From the NCBI GenBank assembly GCA_039545335.1, contig BCIN01000005.1, positions 1,395,946-1,459,945 of the forward strand: DNA of 64,000 nucleotides, read 5' to 3'. The notes under the pieces were generated by a model that did not search any database, was not told the DNA's origin, and was given only the letters and a program-made list of their open reading frames with translations. This DNA comes from Kondoa subrosea. Lineage: Eukaryota. The translations under genes and the position numbers were made by a program. Of this stretch, positions 1 to 12,877 are shown piece by piece (position 1 is the stretch's first letter; the number at the start of each line of letters is the position of its first letter).

Positions 1-1195
1 GTCAATAAGCTGATCAGAGTCTAGTTCCCGATCACTCTCAATAGAAGCGCAGTCACTATTCCTGATCTTGTTCCCAAACTCGAACGAGTGTACTCAAGAG
101 GAACTGAAGCTGATGAAGATGTCTACTCGCCTTCTGATCTGGAAATCATTCGCGAAGCCTCTGCAGTCATCGAAATTGATTCTGATGCTGAGAAAGAAGA
201 ACCTTATGAACCTTTTGCACCCAAATTTGTAGGTGATTTCTCGCTCGACTGATCAAAGCTAAGGCAAGGGGCAGCTGGCGCAAGTCCGCACGCTTCCACC
301 TCCAAAGTCAGCAGGATCAGCTGGTGCCCATATTGCTAGAGCCATCAAGGAAATCATGGCTGCTCAAGATAAGGAAAGCCCTCAGAAGCTTGGCTTTTAC
401 TTTGATCCATCTACAACCAACGACAACGTGCGTCCTGCTTCGAATGCTCCTAAAGAGCTGAATTGACGAATTGATGTACAGATGTTCCATTGGATTGTCG
501 AAATGATCGGCTTGTACGTACGATTGTACAGGACTATCAGATGCATACTTATGCATCTGCATAGTGATGAAGATCTTCCTATTGCCAAAGACATGGCTCA
601 AAAGGGCGTAAAGGGTGTTCTTTTCGAAGTACTCTTCCCGTCTACTTTTCCTTTCTCTCCACCGTTCTTCCGTGTTATCTCGCCTCGATTCTTGCCTTTT
701 GCTCAAGGAGTACGTCGTTTGAATTGATACTGTACCTTTGCTGATTTGCTACTGTAGGGAGGTGGACATGTGAGTTCGGAAAGAGGCACTCTCAATTTAG
801 CTGATCGGCGAGCAATCTTGAATCACAGGTTACCGCAGGTGGATCAATTTGCATGGATCTCCTCACGGCTACTGGCTGGACCAGTGCCTACAATGTTCAG
901 TCCGTGCTGCTGCAAAGTGAGTTGCCAAAGCTCTTTCAGCATGGTGATTGCTGAAGGCTCCTGGGTATCTTCACAGTAAAACTCGCTATATCCAGCACGG
1001 AACCTCGACCAGCTCGTCTGGATCCGAGAGATTGGTCTCGTCCTTACTCTGTTCACGAAGCTAGTAAGTCTCATCTGGTTAAAAGGTCTGTTCAATCCTG
1101 ACTCTACTGCAGTCGAAGGATTCAAACGTGCAGCCGCCACTCATGGATGGACTTCTCCTCCAGAACTAGACAAGCTGGCCAACGGTCAATTCTAA
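1..1195 (+). CDS. Ubiquitin-conjugating enzyme E2 Q-like protein, 3' part (5' end outside window), multi-exon
   Basis: Spliced translation gives MFHWIVEM, VLFEVLFPSTFPFSPPFFRVISPRFLPFAQG, GGHVTAGGSICMDLLTATGWTSAY, AVEGFKRAAATHGW and ends GQF*. This is a UBC fold of the UBE2Q type with the catalytic Cys. Confidence 0.85.
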
Positions 1196-1397
1196 CTTTC
1201 ACTTTTCTAAACCAACATTCCTTTCTACCAAGCAGAAGATAATACCCAGTCATGCCATTATGTTCATCGCACCATTAGATTATTGCTTTATCCTTTATAG
1301 ACTTGCATTGTAGATTTCCTATTGCCACTGTCCAACCTTTCGACTGATTTTCGCATGACTTTGTTTGCTTCAAACTAACGTATACGCTAATTCAAAA

Positions 1398-3679
1398 ATG
1401 TCAAAGCGCAAATGGGGTAGGCTGCATTATGGACAGCATGAGCAGTGGTATTAAGACGCTGTATTGTCCAGATGAAGAAGGGCCAGACCAACCTGCAAGC
1501 AAGATGCGGTCGGATTCGCCTTCCATAGCTGCAGGCTCTAGTGGAAGCGCAATGGATGCAGCAGGTCAGTCTGGGCTTGCATTCGCGCTGTGACACAGCT
1601 GCTAAGATCAGGCCCGGGATGACAGCCAAAATTGCTGCTCAACTAGCCCAGCAATACGCATCTGGCGGAGGTGGCAGCTATACGCCTGCTGGTGGTTTAG
1701 GCAAAGATCAGCGCGAAGCCAAAGACCCAGAATTCGTCAAGGATATCGAGATCAACGATTTAAGGAATCGATATATGCTAACTAAAGGTGGAAGCCAAGC
1801 TCAGGTAAGGCGTCCTTTCCTTTCTACTGATTAGGTCTCTTCTTCTCTGTTTGACTGTTTTGCTGCTGTGACGGAGTAATGTCATAAGGTTGCGAGGCGT
1901 TTCTTTGCTTGCCTGGCATATGAGCTGACTCTGACGGCTGATCGATTCTAATCTGATACATTGCTAGCGTTGATTTCAAATATCTAAATCTCTTTCTTCT
2001 CCCTCTGCAGCAGCAGCAGGCGACCTTCATGAATTCGTGCAAAATACTTACTTAACCCTTTTGTGCTAACCAGGTCAGCACACTAACGCAAACATTTAAG
2101 CCGAATACGAGACTCAATTACATCTATCCCCTATCGATAGATCCGAGCCGATACTGGAGCTACAGTCTCAACTAAAGGAACTTGGTACCCAGACAAAAGT
2201 CGAGCTTCTGGAGATTCACCGCCATTATACTTGCACATCACCGCTGAAACTAAAGAATCACTCGATAAAGGTATTGCTGCCGTTCAAGCTTTGATTGATC
2301 AAGAATTGGGTCCGTTGACTGAAAGACCTGGTTTTCGTGAACGAGAACCAAGAGAGCGAGTGAGCACTATCAATCAGTGTCTTTGGATTTGGTTTCAATG
2401 CTTGTGATGATCACAGCGTCGCTGGCCTGAAGAAAAGCTACCTATCGGAATTGAGAGTTTGCGCAATTTCAATATTCGAGCGAAGATCGTCGGACCAGCT
2501 GTGGGTTCTCGTCTGCATGATTCCTCTGGAAATGATTCTGAACCAAAGGCCTACAGGGTCTCTTTGTCAAACATATTCAGCAAGAAACCAACACCAAAGT
2601 CCAAATCAAGGGTATTGGATCTGGTTTCATTGATCCTGAAACTGGATTAGAAGCTCCAGAACCTATGCACATTGCTATAGTGTGCGCAATGAATCACAAT
2701 ATCGGGTCTTTGATTTCGGGCTAACAATTTCAATCAGCGGACCCGATGAAAGTCAAGTCGTTCGAGCTAAAGAACTGGCCGAAGATCTCTTGACTGTCGT
2801 TAAAGAGAAATGGGCAGAAGCGAAAGCCGTCTTGGATCAAACTGGCGGTCAAGCTGCTGGTTATGGTACTTACAACAGTTACAATCAATATGGTTATACT
2901 GGTTCTTATCAGGTAGACCTGAACGGAAGTGTGTCAGGCTTTGCTGATTTACGATTCCTTTCGTGTCTACAGCAACAAGGACCTGATTCTTCCGCTCCAC
3001 CTCAACCAACTGGCGCTTACTCTCAACCTCCTCCGTAGGGCGATCATGCGTCTTAGCAGTTTTGCTTGAATGCTGATGATGTTTCTACAGACCTGGTGGA
3101 GCTCAACCTGCTATGCCAGGTATGCCAGCTGCCGGAGCTGAACAGACTCCCGAACAGCAGGCTTAGTAAGTCGAAAGCTTCCATACATATTCGCTCGTAC
3201 TTATAATCTATAACCATTGTAGTTGGGCACAAATTATGGCCAACCCAGCTTACAAAGCTTACTATGAGCAATACTAGTGAGTTCAATTGTTATTTGGACC
3301 ATCCTTTGCTCATGTTTGTTCAGTGCTGCTTATTATGCGCAACAACAGCAAGCAGCACAAGGACAACAGCAAGCAGTTCCTCCACCGGTCAGTGTAATAG
3401 ATGCCCTATTTCAGCCGCATGCTGATATGAGTTTCTTTCCCCTGACAGCCTCCATCAAACAGCGCACCTCCTCGTATGTCAAGGGTCTCTGCAATAGCAG
3501 TTCCGTTCACTGATATTGATGTTTTCTTAACTTGTTAGCACCACCACCTTCTCAGCAACCTCCACCACCGGTCAGTGAATTTTGGATTGTTTTCAGGCTT
3601 ATACTGATGCAAGCCAATTGACCGCTGACAGCCTTCTGGAGGCATTTACAGCGCCGTTCCACCTCCTCCTAGCCTGTAA
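1398..3679 (+). CDS. KH-domain RNA-binding/splicing protein, KHDC4 (BLOM7)-like, with Pro/Gln/Tyr-rich C-terminus
   Basis: MSKRKW start; FVKDIEINDLRNRYMLTKG; TGATVSTKGTWYPD; PPLYLHITA; RNFNIRAKIVGP; VQIKGIGSGFID; EPMHI; AKELAEDLL. Many short GT-AG introns. Confidence 0.85.
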
Positions 3680-3953
3680 GTCGATGTTTTGAGGAGCTGC
3701 TTTTGGCGAAGAGGGGCAAAGAGGTCATATGTGTGCGAATTGTGCAATCAAGTCGCTGCAGTTGCTCTCTGTTGATTGTGCAGCAGACTTCCATCTGTTA
3801 TCTGACAGATTCGGTTCTCGATAGCTGCTTGAATCTTGTGTACCTCGTCAAATATTGACTTCGTCAAATATTAGACCTGTTCACCCGATCCGCCAAGTCA
3901 CAGGCTAATACCCAGATTCCTAACTATACCAGATAATACTATACCGTCCCACA

Positions 3954-5040
3954 ATGACCTACTCTACAGCTGAATTATCCTACGCAGCTACTTCCATACA
4001 AAAATCGTTTCGACTTGATGGCAGACTTCCAACCGATTACCGCAACATTACAGTCATCACAGGAATTATAGGACAAGCTAATGGATCTGCAAGAATTGGA
4101 TTAGGTGGTAGTGAAGTGCTTTGCGGCGTGAAATTGGATACTGAAGATTTGGATGAACATTCGCCTAATTGTGGAAAAGTGGTTTGTACTGTTGATTGGT
4201 CAGTACAATTTCCCTCAATGAAATGTGGGAGAAGACTGATGCATTGATGGATTGATGGGGTGTAGTACTCCAGCTGCATTAGAAGCTTTGAATGGAGATC
4301 CAACCTCAGCTTTACAAGATTATCTCACTACACTCTTCTCTTCTTCCCTTTCTTCTCATCCTCAACTTTTAATCTTACCAAACAGAAAATGTTGGGTTCT
4401 AACAATTGAAACCATAATCCTTTCTTCAGATGGTGGAAACTTGTTTGATTTACTTATTCTTGCTGCTCGATCAGCTTTGTATGATTTAAGAATACCAAGT
4501 ACAAGAGGTGTAGGGTATCAAGATAATCGAGCTTTGGATAATGAGGAATTGAGTGGAATGAAAGGATTACTGAAAGGAGGGAAAAGTGGGAAGAAAGTCA
4601 AAGAAGTAGATTTTGAATTGGAAAGTTATTGGGATGTTGGGAAACCTTTGGAAGGAAGGGAGGATTTACCTGTTTGCGTTACTTTGAATGTGGTGTGTTA
4701 TCCGATTTCTTGGTGCTTTGTGTCAAGCTGAAAGGGATTGCAAATGCACAGATTGGGAATGATCATTTCTTTGATGCTACTTTGTTGGAAGCGGAAGCTG
4801 TGCCATGTAGAATGTTGATAGCAGTGAATGGGAAAGGAAATATATGCGGAGTGAGGCAAGAAGGGAATCAGGAAATCGAGTACAGAAGAGTGATGGAGCT
4901 TCTTGAGGTATGTTTCCGGTCTTAGGGTTGATAAATGCTGACTGTTGAACTGGCAGACTGCTGCGCGAGTTGGCAAAGAACTTATACAAGGCTTGAACGC
5001 GAAGCTGGCAGATCCAGCGACAGCGGCAAGAACAGAATAG
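3954..5040 (+). CDS. RRP42: Exosome complex RNase PH-like subunit Rrp42
   Basis: RLDGRLPTDYR, GQANGSARIGLGGSEVLCGVK, LLILPNRKCWVLTIE, DGGNLFD, FFDATLLEAEA; about 3 introns. Confidence 0.85.
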
Positions 5041-5217
5041 TAGCGAGTAGAAAGGCTAGCTACAGCAGACAGCACAGTCGCGTGTAAATTACACACGTCC
5101 AAAATTTATTTATTACGTAACGAGTTCTTACACCCATACGATAACCTCAAGGTATTCCCTCTGAAAGCGAGTCCGATACACATAGTACACTCTACACTGC
5201 TAATCTAGTCTCTAGCA

Positions 5218-7179
5218 ATGGCACAAAAGGTCAAGACTGCTGATTTCAACGTTTCGAGGCTCTTCAATGTTGAAGGATGTACGTATTCCGCTGCCTGTGA
5301 GCTTTATCACCTCTTACCTCGTCTAGTCGTCTGCCTGATCACTGGTGGTGGAAGCGGTGCGGTTCCCCCTTCATGAAGGGACTCGGAGAAGCGTTGTGTG
5401 ACATCGATCTACAGGTATTGGCTTGATGGCCGCTCAAGCTCTTAGCGCGAATGGTAAGAAGACATAAAGGATTACCTCACTGTGCTGAATGTCGGTCAGG
5501 CGCAAAGGTTTACATCACTTCAAGGTAGCGTCATTCGCTTGAATTGTGTTGCATGCTCTTGAGACATTCGACGACACAGGCGTCAAGATGTCTTGGAAAA
5601 CGCTGCGAAGACTCATTCTCCTACTGAAGGCAAAGGATCTATCATACCGCACGTTATTCTTATGCTCTGTAGAGACCGTAGCTCATTGGGTTGTAAAGCT
5701 GTGCACCATGGTACGGATCACGATCTTCTATCAGTACTATGATGACAATATAGAGACGTTGTACAGCGATGTAACAAAGAAGTCAGATCTCGAGAAGCTT
5801 TATGCTGAAATCTCGAAGAAAGAGAAACATCTTGATCTTTTAGGTATTGAAATTGCTATTCTGAGATTGGTTCAGGTTCTGATGTTTCTCTACAGTCACT
5901 GCGTCAGTGTTGGAACGCTTTTGCGCTATTGCGCTGATGGTTTTCAACGATGACAGATCTGGTATTTCGGGAACAAAGGCTGAACCTACTGATACGGATG
6001 CTGAGAAGCTCAAGAAGACTCTCTGGGTACGATTACGCTGCTTGACTCTACTCTGCTCATCTCCAATGCAGGAAGCCGAAACTTTCGAGATAAGCTGTGT
6101 TCAAATCGGCTTTATCAAAGCTGATCTCCGGTGCACGCGTGGAACGATACCTATACTACTGATGTATCAGCTGTATACTTCACTACGTGAGCTGTACATG
6201 CTCTTTTGATTTCTAGGTACTGATCGGACCTACAGCGTTGTGTTTCTGCCGATGTTGCAGGCAGCCAGCAAAGCAAAAGGTCACATGGTCGGATCAAGTA
6301 TGTGCCTGACAACTGATTACTATCGACTGAGCTGACAAAGGTGTACGCCACGTGCAGCGATTGTCATTTCCAGCATGTAGGTCAACAATCTAGATGCGTG
6401 GAATTCAGTCTTATTTGTGAGAAAAGGTCCGGACAAATAAGACATGCTCAAGGTATTCTTCAAGCCTGAAGTCTTGTGTTTCTTTACTGATTACATTTTT
6501 ACAGGTCACTTCTCGTACAGTATGTACTGAGCAATAAGAATATCGCGTTTTTCTAAAAAGACAGCAGATGCGGCAAAAGCAGCGACGATTGGTATCACGT
6601 AGGCTGTAGTGACTGTTTTCTGACCTTTCGACTGACACTGCAGTAGTAAGCTTATGTCGGGCGAGTTCAGCAAGGCTGGCATCCGGATCAATTCTATCGC
6701 AGTAAGTCTCCTCTCGTGAAGATTGTTGACGAGCTGAGTTGCCTCGCATAGCCTGGCTATTTTCCATGTCAGGAGTATATATAGCGATCTGCACGACTTA
6801 TGCTGATGATAAAAATCTAGCCGAGATGACTGCTAAAAAATCAGATAAGGATCAAAGTGGGTGTCTCGACTGCTTTTGCTGCAAGCCAGCTAAACGCGTC
6901 CGGGTTTCTCACAGAGTCTGAAATGCCAGACGAAAAGATTCAAGACAAGGGACATGTGCCTCAAGCTCGTGCGGGATCAGATTTGGAGATGGCTCAGGGC
7001 ATCATCTTTCTGGCGACTAACGTATATGTTCAAGGTGTTATGTCAGTCTTCCCCTTGTGCACGTCCTTGCGTGAGCTGATTGCTATCACAGCCTCAACAT
7101 TGACGGAGGTTTGTCACTTGCTTGTTACTTCGGGTGTGATTGATTGCGTCCAGGCGTGCTGAACGAATTGGCTTCATGA
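5218..7179 (+). CDS. Short-chain dehydrogenase/reductase (classical SDR), highly fragmented by introns
   Basis: LFNVEG, CLITGGGSGIGLMAAQALSANGAKVYITSR, DVTKK, a YxxxK catalytic region split by introns, RAGSDLEMAQGIIFL and NIDGG. Exon edges approximate. Confidence 0.85.
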
Positions 7180-7256
7180 AGAGCAGTATGCCAAAAGAAG
7201 AAGAACCATATCATTCAATGCATTATCCTGACTCTACCTGATTCCCTGAATGCACT

Positions 7257-8284
7257 TTATGAAGCCCGCACACAAATCTTCTTATGTTCGGGCCAGTTCT
7301 GGAGCTGTGCAACGCGTCACGAACGATCTTGGCCGACCTCACATGCTGAACATACCTGGCAAACGCTATCGCAGAAAAATGCTTTCTTGCATTTGGAGCA
7401 TTTGAGAAGCTTGTTGTCCCGTTTGCCGCATTGCTCGCACTTATCAGTAGCAATTTGAGCTTCAGTGTTCAAGGAAAAAGTTCCATCTCGTTCTTGTCTT
7501 GTGTACACTTGAGGAATAACATCCTTCCTTCTTTTGTTTTCTTCTTCGTTCCTGGTCCAAAGAGCATCGTGACCAGCAATGATCGCCTTGTTGTCTCTGA
7601 AGCAGTACTTCAGCAACAATATCTTTTCATGTTAGGATCTTACTTCATCTCTCCAATGGTTGATTTAGCCCATTTGATCAAAGCAGAAGTAGTGGCTCCT
7701 CTGTTCTGAAATTCGGGAATAGATTCGCCAAATTTGATGCCTTCATCGTAGTACTTGACTGCTTTGGCCCTTTCTTCTTATCCCATTCCATCAAACCCAT
7801 ATTGAAGATCGCATCCAATCGAATGGCAGCAAGAACCAGCTTGGCAGCTGGTGTCCTGAATTTAGACAGATATGGGTTGTTCTTGTTTGAAGGTCGGAAT
7901 GCTCGAAGAAGTTCAAAAGCTTCCGGATGTCTGGCTTGAGAAGTGGTGAAAGTCATCGCTATTAGCAGATTGCAGATGAGCAAGAAGATCTCCAATCTGA
8001 ATGCGTGACCTACTAGCATCTCTGCGACTCGAATCACAACAAATCAGTTCCTTCCTGCACAGCGACTATGTTAATGCTACGCACTTCATGAATCCAGTGA
8101 ACTGCATCCAGATCATGCACAAATGCTCCTTTGGCCTGTCAGGCATCTCCACAGCGCCTGACTGGGTGACTGATTCATCCTTGAGCAATTTCTTGATTGC
8201 TTTGATGTAGAGCAAGAAGCAGGGCTCCATCCTGTGTCTGGCATATTCCTGCTCCGCTTGCGCGAACAGACTGATTGCTGACAT
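7257..8284 (-). CDS. MYND zinc-finger protein
   Basis: C-terminal CEQCGKRDNKLLKCSKCKKAFFCDSVCQ|LQNWPEHKKIC matches zf-MYND. N-terminus MSAISLFAQAEQEY. Confidence 0.8.
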
Positions 8285-8971
8285 TGCTTGCTCGCTGTCT
8301 ATGTGCAAGCCTCTCGAATCTTTGATAACTCGATTTATGTGTCGTTTCTCACAAGGTCTCAGTATTCACCCTTATCGCTTCTTCGATACCTTGCGGCTTC
8401 GCTATCACCTGAACAGGCTTCGTCAAACTTCTGCTTTGGAGATCTTCCTAGCCATAGCCCTAGGTGCATTGCAACGTCTTCATCTCTGCAACGAAAGATT
8501 GAGACCAGTCGTAACGCGCACGTTGCTCTCTTCATTCTCTGTTAAACCTCAAGAACAAGATTGCTATCAAAGCTGAAGACCAAGGGGCAGGGTTCTCCTC
8601 TTCTCATCATGTTAGAATGACCTACAGGCTCAAAATGCAACCATAGACGCGTGCGATAACATACAATTAGCTGTATATGTGTAATCTTATGTTGCCCAGA
8701 ATATATTAAATCGACGCGACCCAAGCGTTCGAAGTTTCTGTATATTGACTTTTTGTGCATAACGATTCTTTTCCGTTATCGACTGCTTGCGTTTCCTCTG
8801 GCTGTGCTGGACTTTCTCGAATCGACTGTATCACACTCACTAGGCCCGGCGCCTCTGTCTTTCCTTCAACACAGCATTCATAAAACGCGAAATTAGTCTG
8901 CAACGGGTGTCAGCCTTTTCGCAAGAGAGGACAAGTCACAGCCTGGCGCTGTGTAGACACAAGTGAAGGGT

Positions 8972-10490
8972 ATGCGTAAACACGGTGCTATGCATCTGAA
9001 CAAAAGGAGGGAGAACCATCATTCTACACTTCCAGATGGAACACCTCGAACCAGGCGAATAAGGACTACAGATGATGGAGATTCGCGCGCAAGAGCTACA
9101 GAAACAACAAGTGATGTGCAGGAAGCGCTGGACAGTCAAAGCACGCCTGCTATTCGCGCTGCGGCCACATCAAGTCCGACGAATACCGTTACCTCTTCGC
9201 CTGTGCTTCGAGCTGCAACAACTCTAGTACAGCCATCAGGATCTTCAGCGTCTCCTAGTCTACCCATCGTAATGTCATCACGATCTTCTGCTCCGTAAGT
9301 TTGGGTGTAATCTGACCAGACTAAGCGCTAATCAAGTTGCGTAACCTAGAAACTCTCAATCATCTTCATCTGTCAGTAATTCCCTCGCAAGCGCAGAAGC
9401 ACCAAAATCATCAGCATCAACGGTACCAAACACATCAAGCAAATTCATTCCTGCAGTCTTAGCTTCCATCTTTGTCGTTCTCGCAGCGGTCTTTCTCGTT
9501 TTCTGCTTACATCGCAGGCGAAAATTAGCAAAACGGAGAGACGCCCTGACTTCATTAGCACCATCACCTTACCAAGTCAAGAATGATTCGGATCCATCTT
9601 TCGATGAGAAAGCTTATCCCTACTCTCATCATCAACCTCAAGAGCTCCTTTCGCAAGAACATGAACCTCAATCACGTTCCTTCTTCGGTACAATCAGAGA
9701 TACCCTGCGCAGAAAATCAACCAAAAACTCTTTCCTTCCACCTATTCAACCTTGGCAAACTTCTGAGCAAAATCAAAGAACTCAAAGTCCACCTATACCT
9801 AAAGTACCACCCATGACACAGGTACCATCTTCCGCCCACGATCCATTCAGAGATGGTTTTGGACCTGGTGCAGCTCAATTAGCAACAGGTTTAGCAAGTA
9901 CAACGATGACGAGTCAATCTTCTCAAGACAGTCATTCTTCTTTATCACACAAACAATCCCTTTCTTCAAATGCCAGTACTTCTGTAGCGAGAAGATGGCC
10001 TACCCAGATTCAAGGAACTAGAGATGGTCATGAAAGTTTATCAGCCGGACCGAATGTGAGAACTTTGTATTCTGGTGTACATCTAGAACAGACAGAAGAG
10101 GAGCAAGATGTGTTTGCTGATGCATATGGTTTGCCAATTACCTTTTGTCCTGGAGGAAAGAACTAATTGGCTGTTTAACCAAAGGTAACGCTATCGCCCA
10201 ACCATATGAGCAAGAAGAATTAGCTACTACTGCACCATTGAGTATCAGAAGTGGAAGGTCGTCAACTCAGCAAACGAGATATCCAAATGAACAAGGTCAA
10301 CTTCAACATCAGCAGCAGCAGCAGCATTTGTCCCATAGTACAGCAGATGGGCGATCTATCAGATTTGGGACATTGAAGAGGTCAGTGAACGTTTCGCTCG
10401 AGCCTTATATTAGGCTAAGCAGCAATGTGGATTGACAGCCAGAGTGAAACTGGATCAATAATGGAAGAACCAGCATGGCAGCGGCCTTAG
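8972..10490 (+). CDS. Ser/Thr-rich single-pass membrane protein (Mid2/Wsc-like architecture)
   Basis: Ser/Thr-rich N-terminal region, then a TM segment FIPAVLASIFVVLAAVFLVFCL followed by HRRRK, then a low-complexity tail. The start is uncertain because no clear signal peptide is present. Confidence 0.6.
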
Positions 10491-10613
10491 AACAGAAGAA
10501 CAACGAGAATGTCTGTGTGTCTATGGGTGTAAATACGTCTAGAGAGTAGTTCAGTGTCGAAGTGGAAATTGAGTAGCAAGGTTGTCGTAATGCAAATATG
10601 CAAGATAATGCTA

Positions 10614-11976
10614 TCATACACTCTTTGTGTACAAGTTCGATGACTGACCATCGCCTTCGTTCTGAGTCCTTTCGTGCAATTTACGCCAGTTGGTAAGAAT
10701 GCAAGTTGAGACCTGTGTGAAACATTTGAATATGGTAACTACGCAGTCTTGATGAGCAAACAGACCCAATAGACTCTGTAAGCAGGTATGACCCAAATCA
10801 GTCGAGTCTGACATAGCTCAAAGCAAGCTCACCGGTTCTTTCAAATCTGAATGTTGGTATCTATCGGATCTAATGAGCGAACTACAGCTATAGGAAGAAT
10901 CGTGCTCACCCTCCCACACTGATTGATCCAGCGTCTACCACTAGGATCTCGCCTCTTTCCAGCGGTAATCGAGCAAATCTCGCCAGAAAGCCTACTTGAA
11001 GTCAGATGAGACTGTAGATCTCAGATTCGGGGCTTACATTTTGAGTAATGGCCATGAGAGACACTATGTTTCGAGATTAGCAAACGCAAACGCGCAGAGT
11101 CTTGTCAAGACCGAAAGCGTACATTAAGATATCTCCAACAGCATTTTTGTCACCCTTCTTCATCTTCTCGCAGCAATCGTAGTGAATCTTTGCTATCTTT
11201 TCTATCAGAGCATCGACTCGTTTAGTCATCTGCTCGGTTGATTCTCCTCCAGGGCATCCGTCTTTCCATATTCTGTGCAAGTGGATATCGTGTATCAGCT
11301 TAGGCTGAAGACAGACATCCGTACGCACAGCCAATCTGGGTCCTTCTTCCTGATCTCATCACTTTTGAGACCTTCATAGTCCCCATAGCTATCCCAAATC
11401 AGCTTGATATGATTGAACCTTGATAAGAACCAAACTCACTCCCATTCTCGAACTTCTTCAGTAGTCTCAAATACTGCACCAGCTTTATCGAAACCTTGAC
11501 TATCTACTTCTCGCATGAGTTTGAAAGTATGTTGAGCTCTTTGTCGAGGTGAGACGAAGATATGCGAGATTTTGGTAGGATCCAACAATTCTAACCTCTT
11601 GCTTCAGTAAAGTTTAAGAAGAAGAAGGTAGATGATCAGAGAACGAACTGCCTTGGCCTACGTAAGAAGGAGCGCTCTTCTTAATCACCTTTTATATATA
11701 AGCATTAATAATCCATATTTAAGATGGATGGAGTGGAATGGAATGTACCTGTTCTCCATTCTCTGTTAGAGGAATATCTGATCGCCCAGTGTGTTTTCCA
11801 TTCAAACTCCATTCCGTTTCCCTGTATGGCTTATTAGCTAGATTGCAGGAAGTTCGGATGATACTTGCCCATGACGACAGAGATAGACTGGCAAGAGCGC
11901 TATTCAGACGGCGGAATAGTGTAGACAAGTAGGTCTTACCTCTTGGTAGACGACCTAGTGAACTCAAAGCACTCAT
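10614..11976 (-). CDS. Histidine phosphatase / phosphoglycerate mutase family protein (Shb17-like)
   Basis: RHG|ETEWSLNGKHTGRSDIPLTENGE, IFVSPRQRAQHTF, EVREW|DYGDYEGL, IWKDGCPGGES, SHGH. The 3' end is approximate. Confidence 0.85.
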
Positions 11977-12877
11977 GATTTGGCGATAAGTGAACAAGAA
12001 CGGATTACAGAAATTATGCAGAGATCGGAAAGCGATGGACTAGCAGCGGATCTCCAGTATTGGTCTCAGGAGCTCTTCTTGAGTGCGATAAATTCAGTGG
12101 GCACCAGTACTTCATGCGCTTGTACATTCATATCAGTATGCATCGGCTAAACTGCCTACTATGATCTCATTCTGGATATGCATCAGTAATTTTATACTGT
12201 GTGCAGCGTTAAATCTGTCGCAGAGAGAGAGGTTCTTGCTAGGTTGTATACCTGTATCTGAGTTCAGCTTATGTAATCATCCAAAGACGGGCAAACCTAC
12301 ATTGTAAATGGTAGGCTCGACCAGAGCACCCCAATAAAGAAGTGACCAGTTTCGAAAGAATCTGGTAATAGGTATGGCCACTCGCCAGCTCGGAACTGAA
12401 GGCTGATGGTGAGATACATCCCGGTGATTGATTTGAATACCTCTCTCTGACGATTGCTAGCGAATTGCTGCACTTTTGGTTGAAAATACCCTCTACGGGC
12501 GTAAGACCGCGTAAATGAAAGATGCAGAGAGTCAAAGTCGAGCCTAGGGACAAGTGATATTTGGACAACTCGCGCTTCAGGGAATGGAGAAGAGCTTCGT
12601 CACCGTAGAGAGCACAGTGATAGAAAGCATACAGGAAAGAGGGCAAGGAAAGCAATAGGTGATAATCAATCGGCTCCGCGCTCTTTGTCAATCAAAACAA
12701 ACAATGTAAACAAAGCTGAATATAGGAGATACAGCCTTGGAATGGCACAGAATAGCAGAAAGATCACTAAGAACGCTTGAAAATGAAGTCACCGTTTGAG
12801 GTAAAGAGAAGTCTCGCGTTTTGGCCTCCTTGAATCTTTTCGCCTAGCAACGATTCAAGAGGCAAACTCAATGCAAG

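Noticed and set aside
12030..12700. Possible spliced minus-strand gene between the phosphatase and the RhoGEF
   Set aside because: Exon-like pieces exist, but I could not build a consistent start-to-stop model.
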